A DNA stretch of 64,000 bases from the human T2T-CHM13v2.0 reference genome, Homo sapiens, in the NCBI RefSeq assembly GCF_009914755.1, contig NC_060948.1. One strand, given 5' to 3'. A program made the position numbers and the translations under genes. Below are positions 14,666-35,235 of this stretch, piece by piece (position 1 is the first letter of the stretch; each line of letters begins with the position of its first letter). The notes under the pieces were generated by a model, which did not search any database, had not been told where the DNA came from, and worked only from the letters and a program-made list of their open reading frames with translations.

Positions 14666-16079
14666 CTGTGCACGCCAAAGCGGAAGCTGAAGTGCGGCGT
14701 CTTTGATCTCTCAATCCTGGAGACACAGGAACATTTTCCTTACTTTACTCAACTCGTTCCTTTGAATACCGCAAAATTAAGACGGCGTTTAAAACAATCG
14801 AAATCCCTTTTCTTCTGGGGTTTGGTGCCTAAAGATTAGAAAAGTTTGCGCAAGGAATTCGCTGCAGCATATAAAACTTTCAGGACCCTGAAATACAGAA
14901 CTGCAAAGAAACGGCCTAAGATGGTTGAATCCTCTTTATTTTTCTTTAATTTAGACATGTTCAAACGTTCAATGTCTTACATACTTAGTTATGTAAGTAA
15001 GGTAGCGCTTACTTCATTATGCATTTCAATACTCAAAAAAAATTCCTTTGTGAAATGTTGAAATATTTTTCTAATCTGTTTCACGAGCTTCAAAAATGAG
15101 GAAAAAAGATTCAGTTTACATTTCAGCAAAATGCCTCTTTTTAATCGGATTTATGTTTACTTAACATTTACAGTACATTTACGCTTGAGCAAAGTTAGGT
15201 TTTGGATTTGCTTAGGGTCAGATTTTTTTTTTTTTTTTTTTTTTTGGTCTGTGCATGAATATGTTACTGCTGAGTTATCTCTCTGTCTGTCTCTCCCTCC
15301 CTCTCTCCTTGTATTCTAACAGAAAGGTTTAGAACTTGCATAATTGGGAAAGAAGCTGTTGCCTGAACTTACTGGGGGATTCAGCATTGTCATTTTGGAC
15401 ATGTCACTTATCCTCAGTATTTGCTTCCCCCAGGAGAGAGCTGTAATAAAAAAGCATTGCAATTTAATACATAAGCTCAGTAAGTTCTTGTTTATGCTCC
15501 TTGTGATGAAACAAAAAGTCCTTCAATTAGAAACAAAGGTTTAATCAAATAGCATTTTTAATGACCATGTTACAACTAAAGTTAATGACCCTTTGAAGAG
15601 CAGAGCTCTAGTTAATAGCTAGTTGTGAATAATGAGAATTTACTTCTGTTTCTGTCTTACTTTTCTATACTTAACCTCATATTCCTTTCTTCTTTGCTCA
15701 TGTTTCTGGCCATCTTTTTACTTTGGGTTTCTTTCTTTCGTTATTCAACTAACTGAGATCGGATTGAAATACGTATCTAAATTTTTTTAAAATTTTTATT
15801 TTTAAAAATTGCTGAATATTTTGTATTTCCAAATTCACTTTTAGGTTACTTCCTTATCACCTTTATTTTTTTATTTCCTGTATGTCACTGACTGGGAAAT
15901 AAAAATTACTTAATTTTAACTGAACCTCTGCCCCTCTTTTCCAGGATGCAGAAATAATATTTGTGTTGTTTTAAAAATCTTAGATCAATTAAAAAGAAAA
16001 ATGACTCTGTCATTCTTTGGTAAGTTACAATACTTAAGTCAGAAACTAGAGAAGATGGGCTTTTTTAGGTTTTGTTATT

Positions 16080-17370
16080 CTCGTGCTGATTTTCTGTCCC
16101 TTCAGTTTTGCCTGTTTTTGCTTAATATATTTTGGGCTTAAGTGCATATAAGTTAATATTTGTTAAATCTACTTGGTGGATTACCCTTTTATTAATGGAT
16201 AGCGTCCTTTGTCTCTTTAAAAATATTATGTCTTAAAGTTTATTTTGTGTAATATTAGCATAATTGTCTTAGTTTCTTTTGCTTATTATTTTGATGGAAT
16301 ATCTTTTTCTGTTCTTAACACTTACAATAAAGTGTATAATAGTTTGAATTGGTTTATTGTTTATGATAAAGTAGTTTGAATCTTAGATTCAGTAGTGTAT
16401 AGAAACTTTGCTCCTTTATAGTTTTGCACTCTGACTTCTGATTGTCACGTTACCTCATTATACAGTGTGTGTCGATATCATATTGTTTTATACATTTATT
16501 TTATAAAATTAGTTTTGTAAATTTTTCTTTTAAATCATATAGAAAAAACCTTACAATCCCCAAGTTTAATAATGCTAGCTTTTATATTTACCTACATAGT
16601 TATCTCTGCCATTGTTCTTTATTTTTCTTTATAGGTTTGAATTATTGTCTGGTGGCCTTTTATTTCTGACTACAGGGCCCTCTTTTGCATTGTTTTTGTA
16701 GGTCAGATTTATTAGTAGTATGTTCTTTCAGCTTTTGTGTATCTGGGAATATTTCAGTTTCTCCTTTATTTTGAAGGATAGTCTTTGAGTTTTTCCTACT
16801 TAACAGATCCTGGAGCTTCTTGGATGTGTAAATTAATGATTTTCATCAAATGTGAAGTTGTTTTCGGCTATTCTGCAGATATCCTTTACCACCCCTTTGC
16901 TGCCTCTTCCTATTGTGGGTAATAGGCATGTCTCTGTATGTTGGAGAGAATCAAAGGTCTTTTAAGCCCTTGATTTTTATTTATCTTTTGTTTTTTGTTC
17001 CTCAGACTGTATAGTTTCAGTTGACTTAGCTTCCAGTTTGTTGATTCTTCTGCCTGCTCAAATCTGCTGTTGAGCCTGTCTAGTAAAATGTTCAGTTTGT
17101 TGTACTTTTCAGCTTCAGAATTTCATTTGATTGGTTATGTTATTATTTTGTTCACTTACTGTTTTCCTAATTTTCTTTAGCTCTTTGTTTGTGGTTTCCC
17201 ACCTAGCTCTTTGAATATATTTATGACAGTTGGTTTATAAAACCATTAGTAAGTCTAAAACCTAGGCTTCCTCCAGAGTGTTTTCTTTTATTTTTTTTTA
17301 TTTCTGTTCATTGCCCATACTTTCCTGTTTTTTTTCCTTTTTTTTTTTTTTGCATGACTTACAATTTTTT
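16080..17370 (-). mobile_element. Degenerate old L1M fragments
   Basis: T-rich antisense L1 motifs (TTGAAGGATAGT, TTCTTCTGCCTGCTCAAATCTGCTGTTGA). Confidence 0.65.
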
Positions 17371-18062
17371 TTGAAACCGAAGGCTTTGAATATTACCATA
17401 TGGTAACTGTCAAATTCAGATTTAGACATTAAAGAGATTATTCTAGTAGAGATAACACTGAATTCAGGAAGCTTAAGCACCTTAAAATCAAACAAATATT
17501 TTTCTTTCCTAGGGAAGGATAAGCAGGATTAGTAGAAACTTAAGGACAAATTGAACAAGCAAATGGGGAGAACAGAGAGCAGGAAATGTATCTCACATGG
17601 TAAACCAGTTCTTCAGATGAGCTATTAAAGTGAGTGTGTGCTCTTATTTTAGTGCATGACCAGTGGTAAGACAAAATTTGTGGTCTGTAGATGAAAGAAA
17701 AGACTGACTAATCTTAGGTCAAAAGAAGGCGTAGATACCCTTTGGCCTTGTCTTGAAGTGGTATTGGGGAATACCTGGTCATAACACTGGAAATCAGATT
17801 CTGTCTACTCACCAGAGTTTGTGGTTGCTGGTTGTTACGGGGTTTTTTTAAGTGAATTTTGGGGTTTGTTAAGTGGCCAAACTATTTTTGTGAAGACTGT
17901 TGTATGTGGGTTTCAGATGTCTCTACATCAGTTTGTGGTCAGCTAGTGAGTTAAATTTTATGAAAAGCCTGGAGAAACAAGAATAGCAGTAAAAACTTCC
18001 AGTCTTTGTAGATTGGGTGTCTTCAGTGCTTAGCTGGGCAATTTAAAACTTACCTTAAGTAG

Positions 18063-18400
18063 TACAGTTGGCCCTTTGTGTCTGTGAGTTTCACATTTGT
18101 AGGTTCAACCAACTGTGGATTGAAAATATTTGAAAAATTAAAAATAGATGGTTGCATTTGCACTGAACATGTAGACTTTTTTTTCTTGTAATTTCTCTTA
18201 AACCATACAGCATAACAACTCTTTACATAGCATGTACATTGTATTAGGTATTCTGAGTACTCTAAAGTATACGGGAGGATGTGTGTAGGTTATGTGCAAA
18301 TACTATAACATTATATGTAAGGGATTTGAAAATTCTGGGATTTTGGTATTTGCAGGTGGTGTGGGATGGGGGTCTGCCTGGAACCAAGGAATGCCCCAAA
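18063..18400. mobile_element. MER46/Tigger4-type DNA transposon
   Basis: TA|CAGTTGGCCCT..TTCAACCAACTGTGGATTGAAAATATT..GGTTATGTGCAAATACTA. Confidence 0.75.
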
Positions 18401-19659
18401 GGAGGATGGTGCCTTGTTGTGTGCATCCTGATGGTCAGCCAGAGGAGAAAACCTAGGGTTTTCTACATGTGCATCCTGCTTTGGACATGCATGTATCCTT
18501 GTAGGTCCCATGGTATTTGTCAATCCTTTATAAAACCTTAACATTTTTGTGTATCTCTTTCCCAGCCTCTTATTTCCCCTTAAGGCTTTTTAGCCTACGT
18601 ACTACTTTTTTTCTCTGTTTACTCCTTACTTCTAGTGGCTGGGGCTTCAACAAATATCACCAGCAGGACACAACAGCCCTGAGAAGGTTCTGTGGCCTTC
18701 CCCTGGGGAACCACTAGACAAGTGAACCGCACCACCATAGCTCTTTAAGAGCAAGGTTTATATTCCCCACTCTGGCACCAGCAGTTCACACCAGGAATAC
18801 TAGCTGCTTTCCTAATGGTTACCGTCAAGGTACAGATTAGGGATGGTAGGCAGGTTAATTAAAATGCCACAGATCTCTTTCTGAAATGTAGTATCTTCTT
18901 TTTTTTAATCTAGTACTTCCCTGGTTATTGTAAGTTCTGATTAGATTCCAGAGTTTCAAAGTACTTTATTTGGACAATTTTTGGTTATATAAAGTAAGTT
19001 TTAACCTAATGTCCAAATTAAATCCCTTTGTCTCTTTTCTCTGTCTCTTCCCAGTTCTTTTTTCCTTGATCTTAATGTGATGTACAAAGTAACTTTTAGA
19101 TACTATAGTATCTGTGACAGCATTTAGACATATAAAGTATTATATAAATTTAATATGTTGTTCAAAGCAGTGCATGGGAACTATGTTAAAATTTTACCAG
19201 GTAGAATATTCAAAAGAAAAAAAGATGTTAGTTGACCTTAATATCCACTCAGACCCTGAGATTATGTTTTTATGATTCAGCCCATTTTCTAGTTGAATTT
19301 ATGTTGGTACTTAAAACTGTGAGTTTTATGAGTTGATGATTAGTTGATGGGACAGACTTATAAAATATCCAGTGTTGTCTCTCTGTTCCACCAAGATAAT
19401 TTTATTTATCTTCATTGCCTTGGATTTTTGTTTCAATGTAACAATTCCAAAGTGTCCTTCAATGATCCTCACTCTGGTACACTTCTCCCCCTTTAATATG
19501 TCATGATAATATTTGCTTGCTAAGATGATACATTTTGTGTTCTCACACAAGGCAGTATTGTTTGGTGGAGAACTGATTCTGGAAGTTGTGCTGTTGGTTT
19601 TGAAGAGAGTTTCTCTTTTAGGAATTGAAGTGTGAACCACATTAAAGGCAATAATGTAT

Positions 19660-20150
19660 ATGTGGTAGGTAGAATAATATGTCCCAACTCATCAAATGAT
19701 ATTTATGTCCTAATCTCTGATACCTGTGAATATGTTGTCCAGCTTGGCAATACTTGATTTGCAGATATCATAAAGTAGGATCTCGAGATTGGAAGATTAT
19801 CTTGGATTATGTAGTGAACGAGTGTAATCAGTCACAGGAGTTCATTTACGAGGAGGGCAGCAAGATCAGTCAGAAAAAGAGATGTCCTAGGAATATATAA
19901 GTTTTATTTTTTCTTAAAATATTTTAAAATAAAAATAAGATTAAAAGGAGAATTTATAGCCCCCACTGCCCCCGCCAAAAAAAGTAAGGAGATCTCAGAG
20001 AGAGACAGAGAAAAAGAGAGAAAAGAGAGAGAGTAAGAGAGAGGTCTGAAGATGTTTTGCTGTTAATCTTAAAGATGGAGGCAGGAAAATAAACCAAATA
20101 ATGGAGGCAACCTCTGTAAACTGAAAAAGACAAAACAGATTCTCCTCTGG
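19660..20150 (+). mobile_element. MLT1-type MaLR LTR
   Basis: TGTGGTAGGTAGAATAAT..CCTGTGAATATGTT..GATTATC..AAACAGATTCTCC. Confidence 0.75.
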
Positions 20151-21040
20151 GAAATAATAAATATATTTGTTCTTTGCCCCGTTTTCCTAACATACACCTC
20201 CTAAAATCCTTGTTGATGGGATGCTAGGAGAATTTTTTGTTCCAATATTTAATCTTTGACCTCCAGTTCCTGACATAGAGATCCGAAGACCTTTGTAATT
20301 TCCTGAGTAATAGGAGCATTTGACAAACAGCTCCTAAATCCCTTGGAATTTCCTGGTGATAGGAGAATCTTTTTCTAATGAGGTGACTATTGGTGTGTTC
20401 TTAGTCCCAGAATGGGAGCTGGTTGCCAGAGAAACCAACCTTGTGATTAGAAGATTGGGACTTTCAGTCTTATCCCAAGCTTTCCAGGGAGGGCACCAGG
20501 GGCTGAAGGTTTAGTTGATCACCAGCCACCGGTAATGTAGTGAGTTATGCCTATGCAGTGAAGCCTCATAAAAACCTAGTGAGTGAGGTTTACATAACTT
20601 CCAGGTAGCTTGAAGTGTGAAGGGTCCAAGAGGTTCCTGGAACAGTGAAGCCTCATGCTCCTTCCCACATACCTCACCATTTGCATCTCCTGTCTAGCTT
20701 TTCATTTGTATCCATTGTAATATTCATTATAATAAACCTGTAAGTCTCAGTGTTTCTCTAACTTCTGTGAGCCACTCTAGCAAATTAATTGAACCAAAGG
20801 AGGAGGTTAAGGACAGCATAGTTTACAAAATGAGCCCTGTTTCTGACATCTGAAGTGGGGGCAGTCTAGTGGGCCTGACCTCTTAACTTGTAGAAACATT
20901 CTTTCTTTCTAGATGACTAGTGACCAGAATTAAATTGAATCCTAGGCCACCCATTTATTGTCTTCTGCAGAATTGGCGAGAATGGAGAGGAATCCTCACC
21001 TATCGGTGACCAGAGATGAAATATTCTGAATTGAGAGTTT
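20150..21040. mobile_element. MER21-like LTR
   Basis: GCTCCTAAATCCCTTGGAATTTCCTG, GAAACCAACC..GATTAGA, TTCTGTGAGCCACTCTAGCAAATTA. Confidence 0.7.
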
Positions 21041-22367
21041 AAAAGAGCACACTTAGAAGAGATTTAGAGTTTAGTTTTTCCTGTCAGTCTTGCAATAGTG
21101 TCAACATACGTTAAAATGATCTGGGTAAAAAAACAAGGCTGGATGTTTCTTAGCTTATTATGATTGGTTTAATTGGAGCTGGGGAAGTGTAACTTCATAA
21201 AATTGTGACCAAGTAGTTCCATTTAGGTAATCCATAAAAGTAGAGAACGATTGGACATCTAGAAATGTATGACTTGATGATACTAACTGAGTGACCCAGT
21301 TGTTGGCCTTTTCCAAAACAAGTAAGGCAAAAGCATATTTCAGTGTCTTTGGGCATTACAATCTTTTTTTTGGATTTCCTGATTCTTTTGCTGCCAAGGT
21401 TGGCATTTAGATTCATAGAGATATCTCCATTTGCAAATAATCACTGTGTTAGAGTTTTAGAACTAGTTGTAACCTCTTTCAGTTTTATAAATAAAATAGT
21501 CATAGGCAGTAAATGTAAATACAGTGAAGTTGTGCATGCTTTAAAAGGCCAACAATATATGTGATCTAAGATAGAGTATTACCTTATGAGAACCTACTAG
21601 TAGTGTAGAAATTATGATGCTAAACATGACTGTAATAATTTACCCTTTCTGAAACTGTTTTAGTAATTCTAGGCTTCTTTTGGTTTCCTCATCTCTAAAT
21701 TTGGCAATGACTATTTCTCTTTGAATTTACCTGTGAGTAGCTCTCTGTAGCTCTGTGTATTCTTTTGTATACCACAGCAATCACTGCAGGGTCTTTTGCT
21801 GTTACAGGTAGTACTTATACTAACTCCTAGGATGTTATTTTGCTGGAGTTTTATATTCTGCATCAGAACTCCATATTTACTCTGCTCTTGAAAGACCATA
21901 CTCTTTGGAATGTTATAGTTATTGATAATCACTTATTCTCATGTTTCCATGTCTTTGATTCGTATCCCTGGACAAACTGAAATTGGCTCATCACTGAGAT
22001 TGTCTGTTTATCATACCTGCCTATAAGCTATTTCTCTAGATTAAATGAAAAAGTAGATTAAATGCTGTTGCAACTGACTTCATGACAGTGAGCCAAACAA
22101 TGAAGGCCAAGAGAAAATGCTTTATATGAATTATCTGTCACCACTCATTTGCGTTAATTGATATACCAACCACTTAATAATTTGAGACCTATATTTTGGG
22201 TATGGTTTGCTAAGAAGAAAATGAAACTTTTCACGTTTCCCTAGATTTGCCTGACAATAGGTGCCAACATTGGGACTTTCCTAGATGATGTCTTTCCTTT
22301 GATTCTTTATATATCCCTGCTGTACTTAGGCAGTACTTCTCAAACTTTTTGGCTTAGGATACTTTTA

Positions 22368-22664
<297 letters not shown>

Positions 22665-23109
22665 TTATTGAAGACCTTCGTGTGGAATCAGTGAACTCTT
22701 TTCTGTGTTATATTAAACTTCTATCACCTTTTTTTTATGTTTTAAGTGAATTTTATGCCTTTCAGTAATTTTGTAACATTTGTCATTTGGAAATATTGGT
22801 TTGCTGAGTTGTATAGATCTTTCAGATGGTTTACAATATTAGAAAATGAGATTTGTTAATATTATTACTGGCCTTATCAGAAAAGTCTTTAAAGAGTGGG
22901 AAGCTGGCAGGCTAATGCAGATTGAAACTTTCCAAAATTCTAATTTTCACTAGAAAGCTTGATTTTTATCATTGCAATGAATAACTGTATTATTTATCCT
23001 CCCATACTTATTTGGTTCATTTTCTATAAAATGTCTGACCCTAATCAAGATAACGATAGTAATAAGAAATACTATACTATCATATATTATATACTATTAT
23101 TATTATAAA

Positions 23110-23582
23110 AACATGTATGTTTATTGAGACACTGTTCACAATAGCAAAGACTTAGAACCAACCCAAGTGCCCATCAGTGTTAGATTGGATAAAGAAAATG
23201 TGACACATAGGCACTATGGAATACTATGCAGCCATAAAAAAGGATGAATTCATGTCCTTTGCAGGTACATGGATGTAGCTGGAAAGCTTCATTCTCAGCA
23301 AACTAACGCAGGAACAGAAAACCAAACACCACATGTTCTTACTCATAGGTGAAAGTTGAAGAATGAGAACACATGGACACAGGTAGGGGAACATCACACA
23401 CCAGGGTTTGTCAGGGGTGGGGGCCTAGGGGAGGGATAATATTAGGAGAAATACCTAATGTAGATGATGGGTTGATGGGTGCAGCAAACTACCATGGTGT
23501 GTATATACCTATGTATACACATGTATAAACCTGCACATTCTGCACATGTACCCCAGAACTTAAACTATAATAATAAGAAAAG
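23110..23582 (+). mobile_element. L1PA 3' end
   Basis: GGAATACTATGCAGCCATAAAAAAGGATGA..TGCACATGTACCCCAGAACTTAAA. Confidence 0.93.
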
Positions 23583-23668
23583 AACTATGAAGAATCAGAA
23601 ACTGTATTTACAAATTAATAAGATTGCCATAGTTTATGGATGTTGACAGAGCTATTGAAACAATAGTT

Positions 23669-24266
23669 TCTCTCTTTTTTTTTTTCTTGTCGCCGACAAA
23701 TCCAGGTGCAGAATGAGGATAGGGGATCCAGCTACCTGGTTTCCCCTGTGACTGACCTAGTTCTAGATCACAAGGATACTGACCACAAAGTCTCCCTATG
23801 ATGGCCCACACAAGCAAGAGAGGAGAACATAATGGAGCTCTGAAAGATTTATAGATACTCTCATTCCTTTAGCATGTCACATTTCTGGACAAACCATGTA
23901 CTGGGAGTAGGGGATGACTGAACGGAAGTCAAAGTTATAGTTACTGGAAATACAAACTGTGGCAGTAGAAAACCCTAGGCACAAGGGAAGTAAAATATTA
24001 ACCACTCCAGGCTGGAGTGCAGTGGCGCAATCTGGGCTCACAGCAAGCTCTGCCTCCTGGGTTCACACCATTCTCCTGCCTCAGGCTCCCGAGTAGCAGG
24101 GAGTACAGGCACCCGCCACCAGGCCTGGCTAGTTTTTTTTGTATTTTTTAGTAGAGATGGGGTTTTACTGTGTTAGCCAGTATGGCCTCGATTTCCTGAC
24201 CTCGTGATCCGCCCACGTCAGCCTCCTAAAGTGTGGGGATTACAGGAGTGAGCCACCATGCCCAGC
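23669..24266 (-). mobile_element. AluY-like element interrupted near its 3' end by the 307-bp insertion
   Basis: Poly(T)+TGTCGCC at 23675-94, Alu body at ~24007-24266, 13-bp TSD TGAAACAATAGTT at 23656 and 24267. Confidence 0.92.
23695..24001. repeat. Left arm of a 307-bp inverted duplication (the copy, inserted within an AluY)
   Basis: Reverse complement of 25885-26191; about 11 mismatches counted by eye, no gaps. Confidence 0.95.
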
Positions 24267-24426
24267 TGAAACAATAGTTCTTCACAATGGCATCTACCAC
24301 TATGTCCACATTTGCACCTCTGTCCTGAACCTCGATTCCTATAGGTTGATGTGTTGAGAACCAGACAATACGAAATAGAAGACAAATCATGAGCTTACAG
24401 AACCTGAAACTTTTTACACTGGGCAG

Positions 24427-24820
24427 TGTGGTAGACAGAACAGCAGTGGCTGCCCAAAGATGATCATGTTTTAAGTCCTGACATCTGTGAATTATCATAT
24501 TGGGAAAAGGTGTTATTGTAGATGTTGTTTAAAGTTAGGATTTTGAGAGAGGAAAATTATGTAGGGTTATCTGGCTGTGCCCAGTGAAATCACAAGAATC
24601 TTTATAAATGAAAAAAGAAAGCAGAAGAATCAGAACCAGAGACACGGCATTATGCATAGGACTGGACTTGTCATTACTAGTTTTAAAGGTAGAGGAAGCA
24701 GAGATCTAAGAAATGCAGGCAGCCTCTAACTAATGTTAACAAATCTCATTTTCTAATATTGTAAGCCTGTGGAAGAGGCTAGGGCACAGATGCTCCCATA
24801 GAGTCTCCAGAAGGAACCTA
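24427..24820 (+). mobile_element. MLT1-type MaLR LTR
   Basis: TGTGGTAGACAGAA..AATCACAAG..GCAGGCAGCCTCTA..CTCCAGAAGGAAC. Confidence 0.7.
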
Positions 24821-25884
24821 AGGTAATGAGATAAGCCGCTAAACTTATTGTAATCTTACACAGGTAGTAAGCAAACCTGCTCTTTGCTTGTACATATAAT
24901 AGTATTTTTATTTTTTTCTAAGGCTGCTTTTTATACAGGCATCCTTGAAAAAATACAGTGGAACAAAGATCCTCTGTATCTCTGCTCCTAAGATAGCAGA
25001 GACAGCATACTGGCTTCTGTTCAATTTTCCTTTGATTACACAACTTCATTGGCTACGGTGTTTAATATGACCGTCATAGGCTGAGACAAGATCTGTTCAG
25101 TTTATCTCATAAGTTACTAGTTAAATCTCAGACATATTATACTTTTGTAACTGAGTGACTCCCATTGTAAGGATAACTACTTCAATGTGCGTATAAATGA
25201 GTCAGTTGTCTCTCTTGGGGGCTTCAACAAATAAGCAAAGATAACCTCATTGTGGAGAGCACTTCACATTTGTTTTTAGGGTTACATAGTCTACTCTGTA
25301 TCCTTAAACACTTGAAGATCTGTTATAACTACATCTGAGATAGTAGTCACAGTGTTTTCTCATGTTAATGCCTGGCTTCCACCCAGGAGGCACATGTGGT
25401 GTGTCTGCAAATAAAGTGTTTATGATTATTGGGGTCCCCCAAGCTGGACCTGTATCCATGTTCAAGTGGCCACAGGGTTACTTGCTTTAGCATGGCTCCT
25501 TGGCTGGCTGTTAAGTGAATAATTAAACTGAGTCTTTTTTGCAGGAGCTAACTGAGACCAATCAATCAGTCAATTTTCCCTTTCTGTGTGTAACACAAGC
25601 TGGATGTCCCTGGAATGACTAAATAATGACTAGAGGAGTCGGGGAAGACATCCAGTGATAATTAGTTGGGAAGGTTCAGGTTCTGGGACATCCGTTGCTA
25701 TTTCCGTGTGAATGGCAATCAAATCATCTGAGTTGACTAGCTAGGAAAGCAAATTTAACAGGCCTGTTGTCTTTGGGAAAGACACACAAGGGTGTGCACG
25801 TGTGCAGATGTGTGTGTGTGTCTGTAAGTCTTCAGTAGCAGATTTAAAAGTGTCATTAATGTCCTATTCTTATACCTTAGAGTC

Positions 25885-26191
25885 TTAATATTTTACTTCC
25901 CTTGTGCCTAGGGTTTTCTGCTGCCACAGTCTGTATTTCTAGTAACTATAACTTTGACTTCCATTCAGTCATCCCCTACTCACAGTAAATGGTTTGTCCA
26001 GAAATGTGAGATGCTAAAGGAATGAGAGTATCTGTAAACCTTTCAGAGCTCCATTATGTTCTCCTCTCTTGCTTGTGTGGTCCATCATAGGGAGACTTTG
26101 TGGTCAGTATCCTTGTGATCTAGAACTAGGTCAGTCACAGGGGAAACCAGGTAGCTGGATCCCCTATCCTCATTCTGCAGCTGGATTTGTC
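25885..26191. repeat. Right arm of the 307-bp inverted duplication (probable donor)
   Basis: Reverse complement of 23695-24001; continuous with unique flanks. Confidence 0.95.
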
Positions 26192-27067
26192 CAGGAAAAA
26201 GAGAAGTATTAAGCCTAAAGAGCAGTCAGAGTAGAATGCTGAATTTTCAGAAGTTTTATATTAACATAATCATTCATCTTTTTTGTCCTGATAATTACTC
26301 AGGAGGAAACTGAGAGGGCATGGTCCCTTTCTATGGATAGCAATACTCAGTGTCCCAATTTTCCTTTGGGACACTGGGACACAGGCAGAGACTCCGAAAG
26401 TCTGCATGGATTAGTTGTTCATTCACCACAGCTCCTTAGTGTGCCAGGAGAACTATATATGGCCTTTGGTTTCATTCAGGGACAGGGAAACTTGAACCCA
26501 TGCCTATTCATTCTCATTAAAGTAGCAGAAGTCATGTTAGAGACAGTATTGCTGCATTCAGTACTCCTGCCTTTAACGCTTCTGACGCTTCCTGAAAGCA
26601 GCCCCAGCTCTCCATATGGCAAAACAAAGGCAACCTTATGCAAAGCCTTCTCAGGGAACCCTCAGAAAGGTTTAAACTTAGGTTCACAGTTTTTAGAGAA
26701 TAATGTCCTCATTGCTCCCTCTGGCACTAGCAGTTTGTACCAGGAGATCTGTTGGCTACTGTTACCCTAGGGTATGGCAATGGTATGTAGGCAATGAAAA
26801 ATCTTACAGTACTTATTATGGAAAACCAACTTTTTTATTCAGTAAGCATTCCCCTGTGTTGTAAGGTTTTTAAAAGATTGTGGAAGTATGAAAAAGTTTA
26901 TTATGACAGATGTGCCAGCTCCAGCTGTTTTGTGGAGAGTGACCCTTGGATTTTCGTATGCCCCCATTATATGATGATACCTTGTAATGATTTAATTTTA
27001 GCATCTGCTTTTCTTTTCTTTAAAATTTTTTTTTGCCTTTTATGGGGTTTGTTTACCAACCACCACT

Positions 27068-33175
<6,108 letters not shown>

Positions 33176-33268
33176 TAATTTTAATATCTTTATACTTTGC
33201 AATTAGGTTACCTCTTTGTGAAATTAAAAATTACATTTACTTTAGATTGTTAAGAAGTAGTGTTACTT

Positions 33269-33608
<340 letters not shown>

Positions 33609-33769
33609 CTAAGCCTTATGACCTGCTTGTTTATTGTCAGATATACAAAATGTACAAAAGCATAGAGGGATGGAAAATTGTACTTTTTAGCACTGCTTAG
33701 TTTTCTTTGCTTTATAACATTTGATTTAACTCTCTCTTCAACCTTTATGCTTACTCTCCTTCCCTCTAG

Positions 33770-34067
33770 TTTGTGAATAGCACAATGGAAGAAGCTGGAC
33801 TTTGTGGGTTAAGAGAGAAAGCAGATATGTTGTGTAACTCTGAATCACATGATATTCTTCAACATCAAGACTCAAATTGCAGTGCCACAAGTAATAAACA
33901 TTTATTGGAAGATGAAGAAGGCCGTGACTTTATAACAAAGAACAGGAGTTGGGTGAGCCCAGTGCACTGCACACAAGAGTCAAGAAGGGAGCTTCCTGAG
34001 CAAGAAGTAGCCCCTCCGTCTGGTCAGCAAGCTTTACAATGCAACAGGAACAAAGAAAAAGTCTTAG
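33770..34067 (+). CDS. TXLNGY: TXLNGY exon 2; ATG at 33785 starts the CYorf15A ORF (MEEAGLCGLREKADMLCNSESH...NKEKVLG)
   Basis: Acceptor tccctctag|TTT at 33768-69, donor TTAG|gtaata at 34068, open frame (ORF track 33773..34207). Confidence 0.95.
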
Positions 34068-34917
34068 GTAATAATCTCTGCTCTGTGGTTGGATGTTGTC
34101 ACATACTGGTCTTTTTGTTTTACATTTTCTGCAGCATGAGTGATTATGAACTTGGCCTGTTTGGAGGTAAATGTTGCCTGGTAAACTTGTTTCTTCACTT
34201 GGTTTAGTCCACCTATCATCTCCAGTTATGTGTAGGGAACAAAAATAGCAAAATACGAAGCCCAGTTATAAGAAACTTAATTATTTCTCTGTGTAACAAG
34301 AACTGAAGTTTTAAGAAAGTTTGAGGCCAATATGATGTAATTAGTATTTGATTTACCTTGCTTTTTGTACCTTTGAAAATAACCTAATAGTATGAAAACA
34401 ATATGTATGCTAATTTTGCTTAAAAGATTATACACTGAAATTTAGAGAGGATATAATGTTATCTGTAGTGTAGAAAGAGTTAAATAAGACTGATTTTTAG
34501 AATTTGTTTTATCCCTTCCACTCTTAGCTTGACAATTAGGATTAAGAATATGATATGTCAAATTTCATGACTGAAATCTGAAATGCCTTAATAGTTGCCC
34601 TCAGTGTTTCATCCTTATACTAACATTTACATTGATATATATGACTTATATGTGACACTGAAACTTGGAATTTTTATTCTTAATCCATTTTCTGTTACCC
34701 TGGAAGACAAAAAAAAAAGTATGGTAATATATAAAGTAATTGTAATTCCTTGAAAATAAGACAGATATCTTCAAAATTGATAGCCCCAATTATATGTGTA
34801 AAATATAGCTTGAGGTTAAAATTATTTAAAAAGTTTTAAATGAAAATCTTTATGAAAATGTCAGTTATATTATAGTTGTTTCTTACACATACACATTCAA
34901 TAACAATATTTATTTAT

Positions 34918-35235
34918 TCTTTTTTCTAGAGAGACAAGGTCTTTCCCTGTCACCCAGGCTGGAGCGCGGTGGTACATTCATGGGTCATGGCAGCCTTAAA
35001 CTCCCTGAGCTCGTGATCCTGTCTCTTCAGACTCTAGAGTAGCTGGGGCTACAGGCGTACACCACCACACATGGCTAATTTTTTATTTTTCTTTTGTTGT
35101 AGAGATGGGCTGTCATTCTCTTGCCCAGGCTGGTCTTGGTATACTGTCCTGTAGCAGTATATTTTGGCTACCTGTACTGGCATTGGCTTTTCCAAGTGTC
35201 AAGATTACAGGTGTGAGCTAGTATACCCTGCCCAG
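34918..35235 (-). mobile_element. AluJ-like
   Basis: Diverged antisense Alu. Confidence 0.88.

Noticed and set aside
34068-34207. Hydrophobic, Cys-rich tail of ORF 33773..34207 suggesting a membrane-anchored protein
   Set aside because: It is read-through past the exon 2 donor into T-rich intron; taxilin homology resumes in exon 3.
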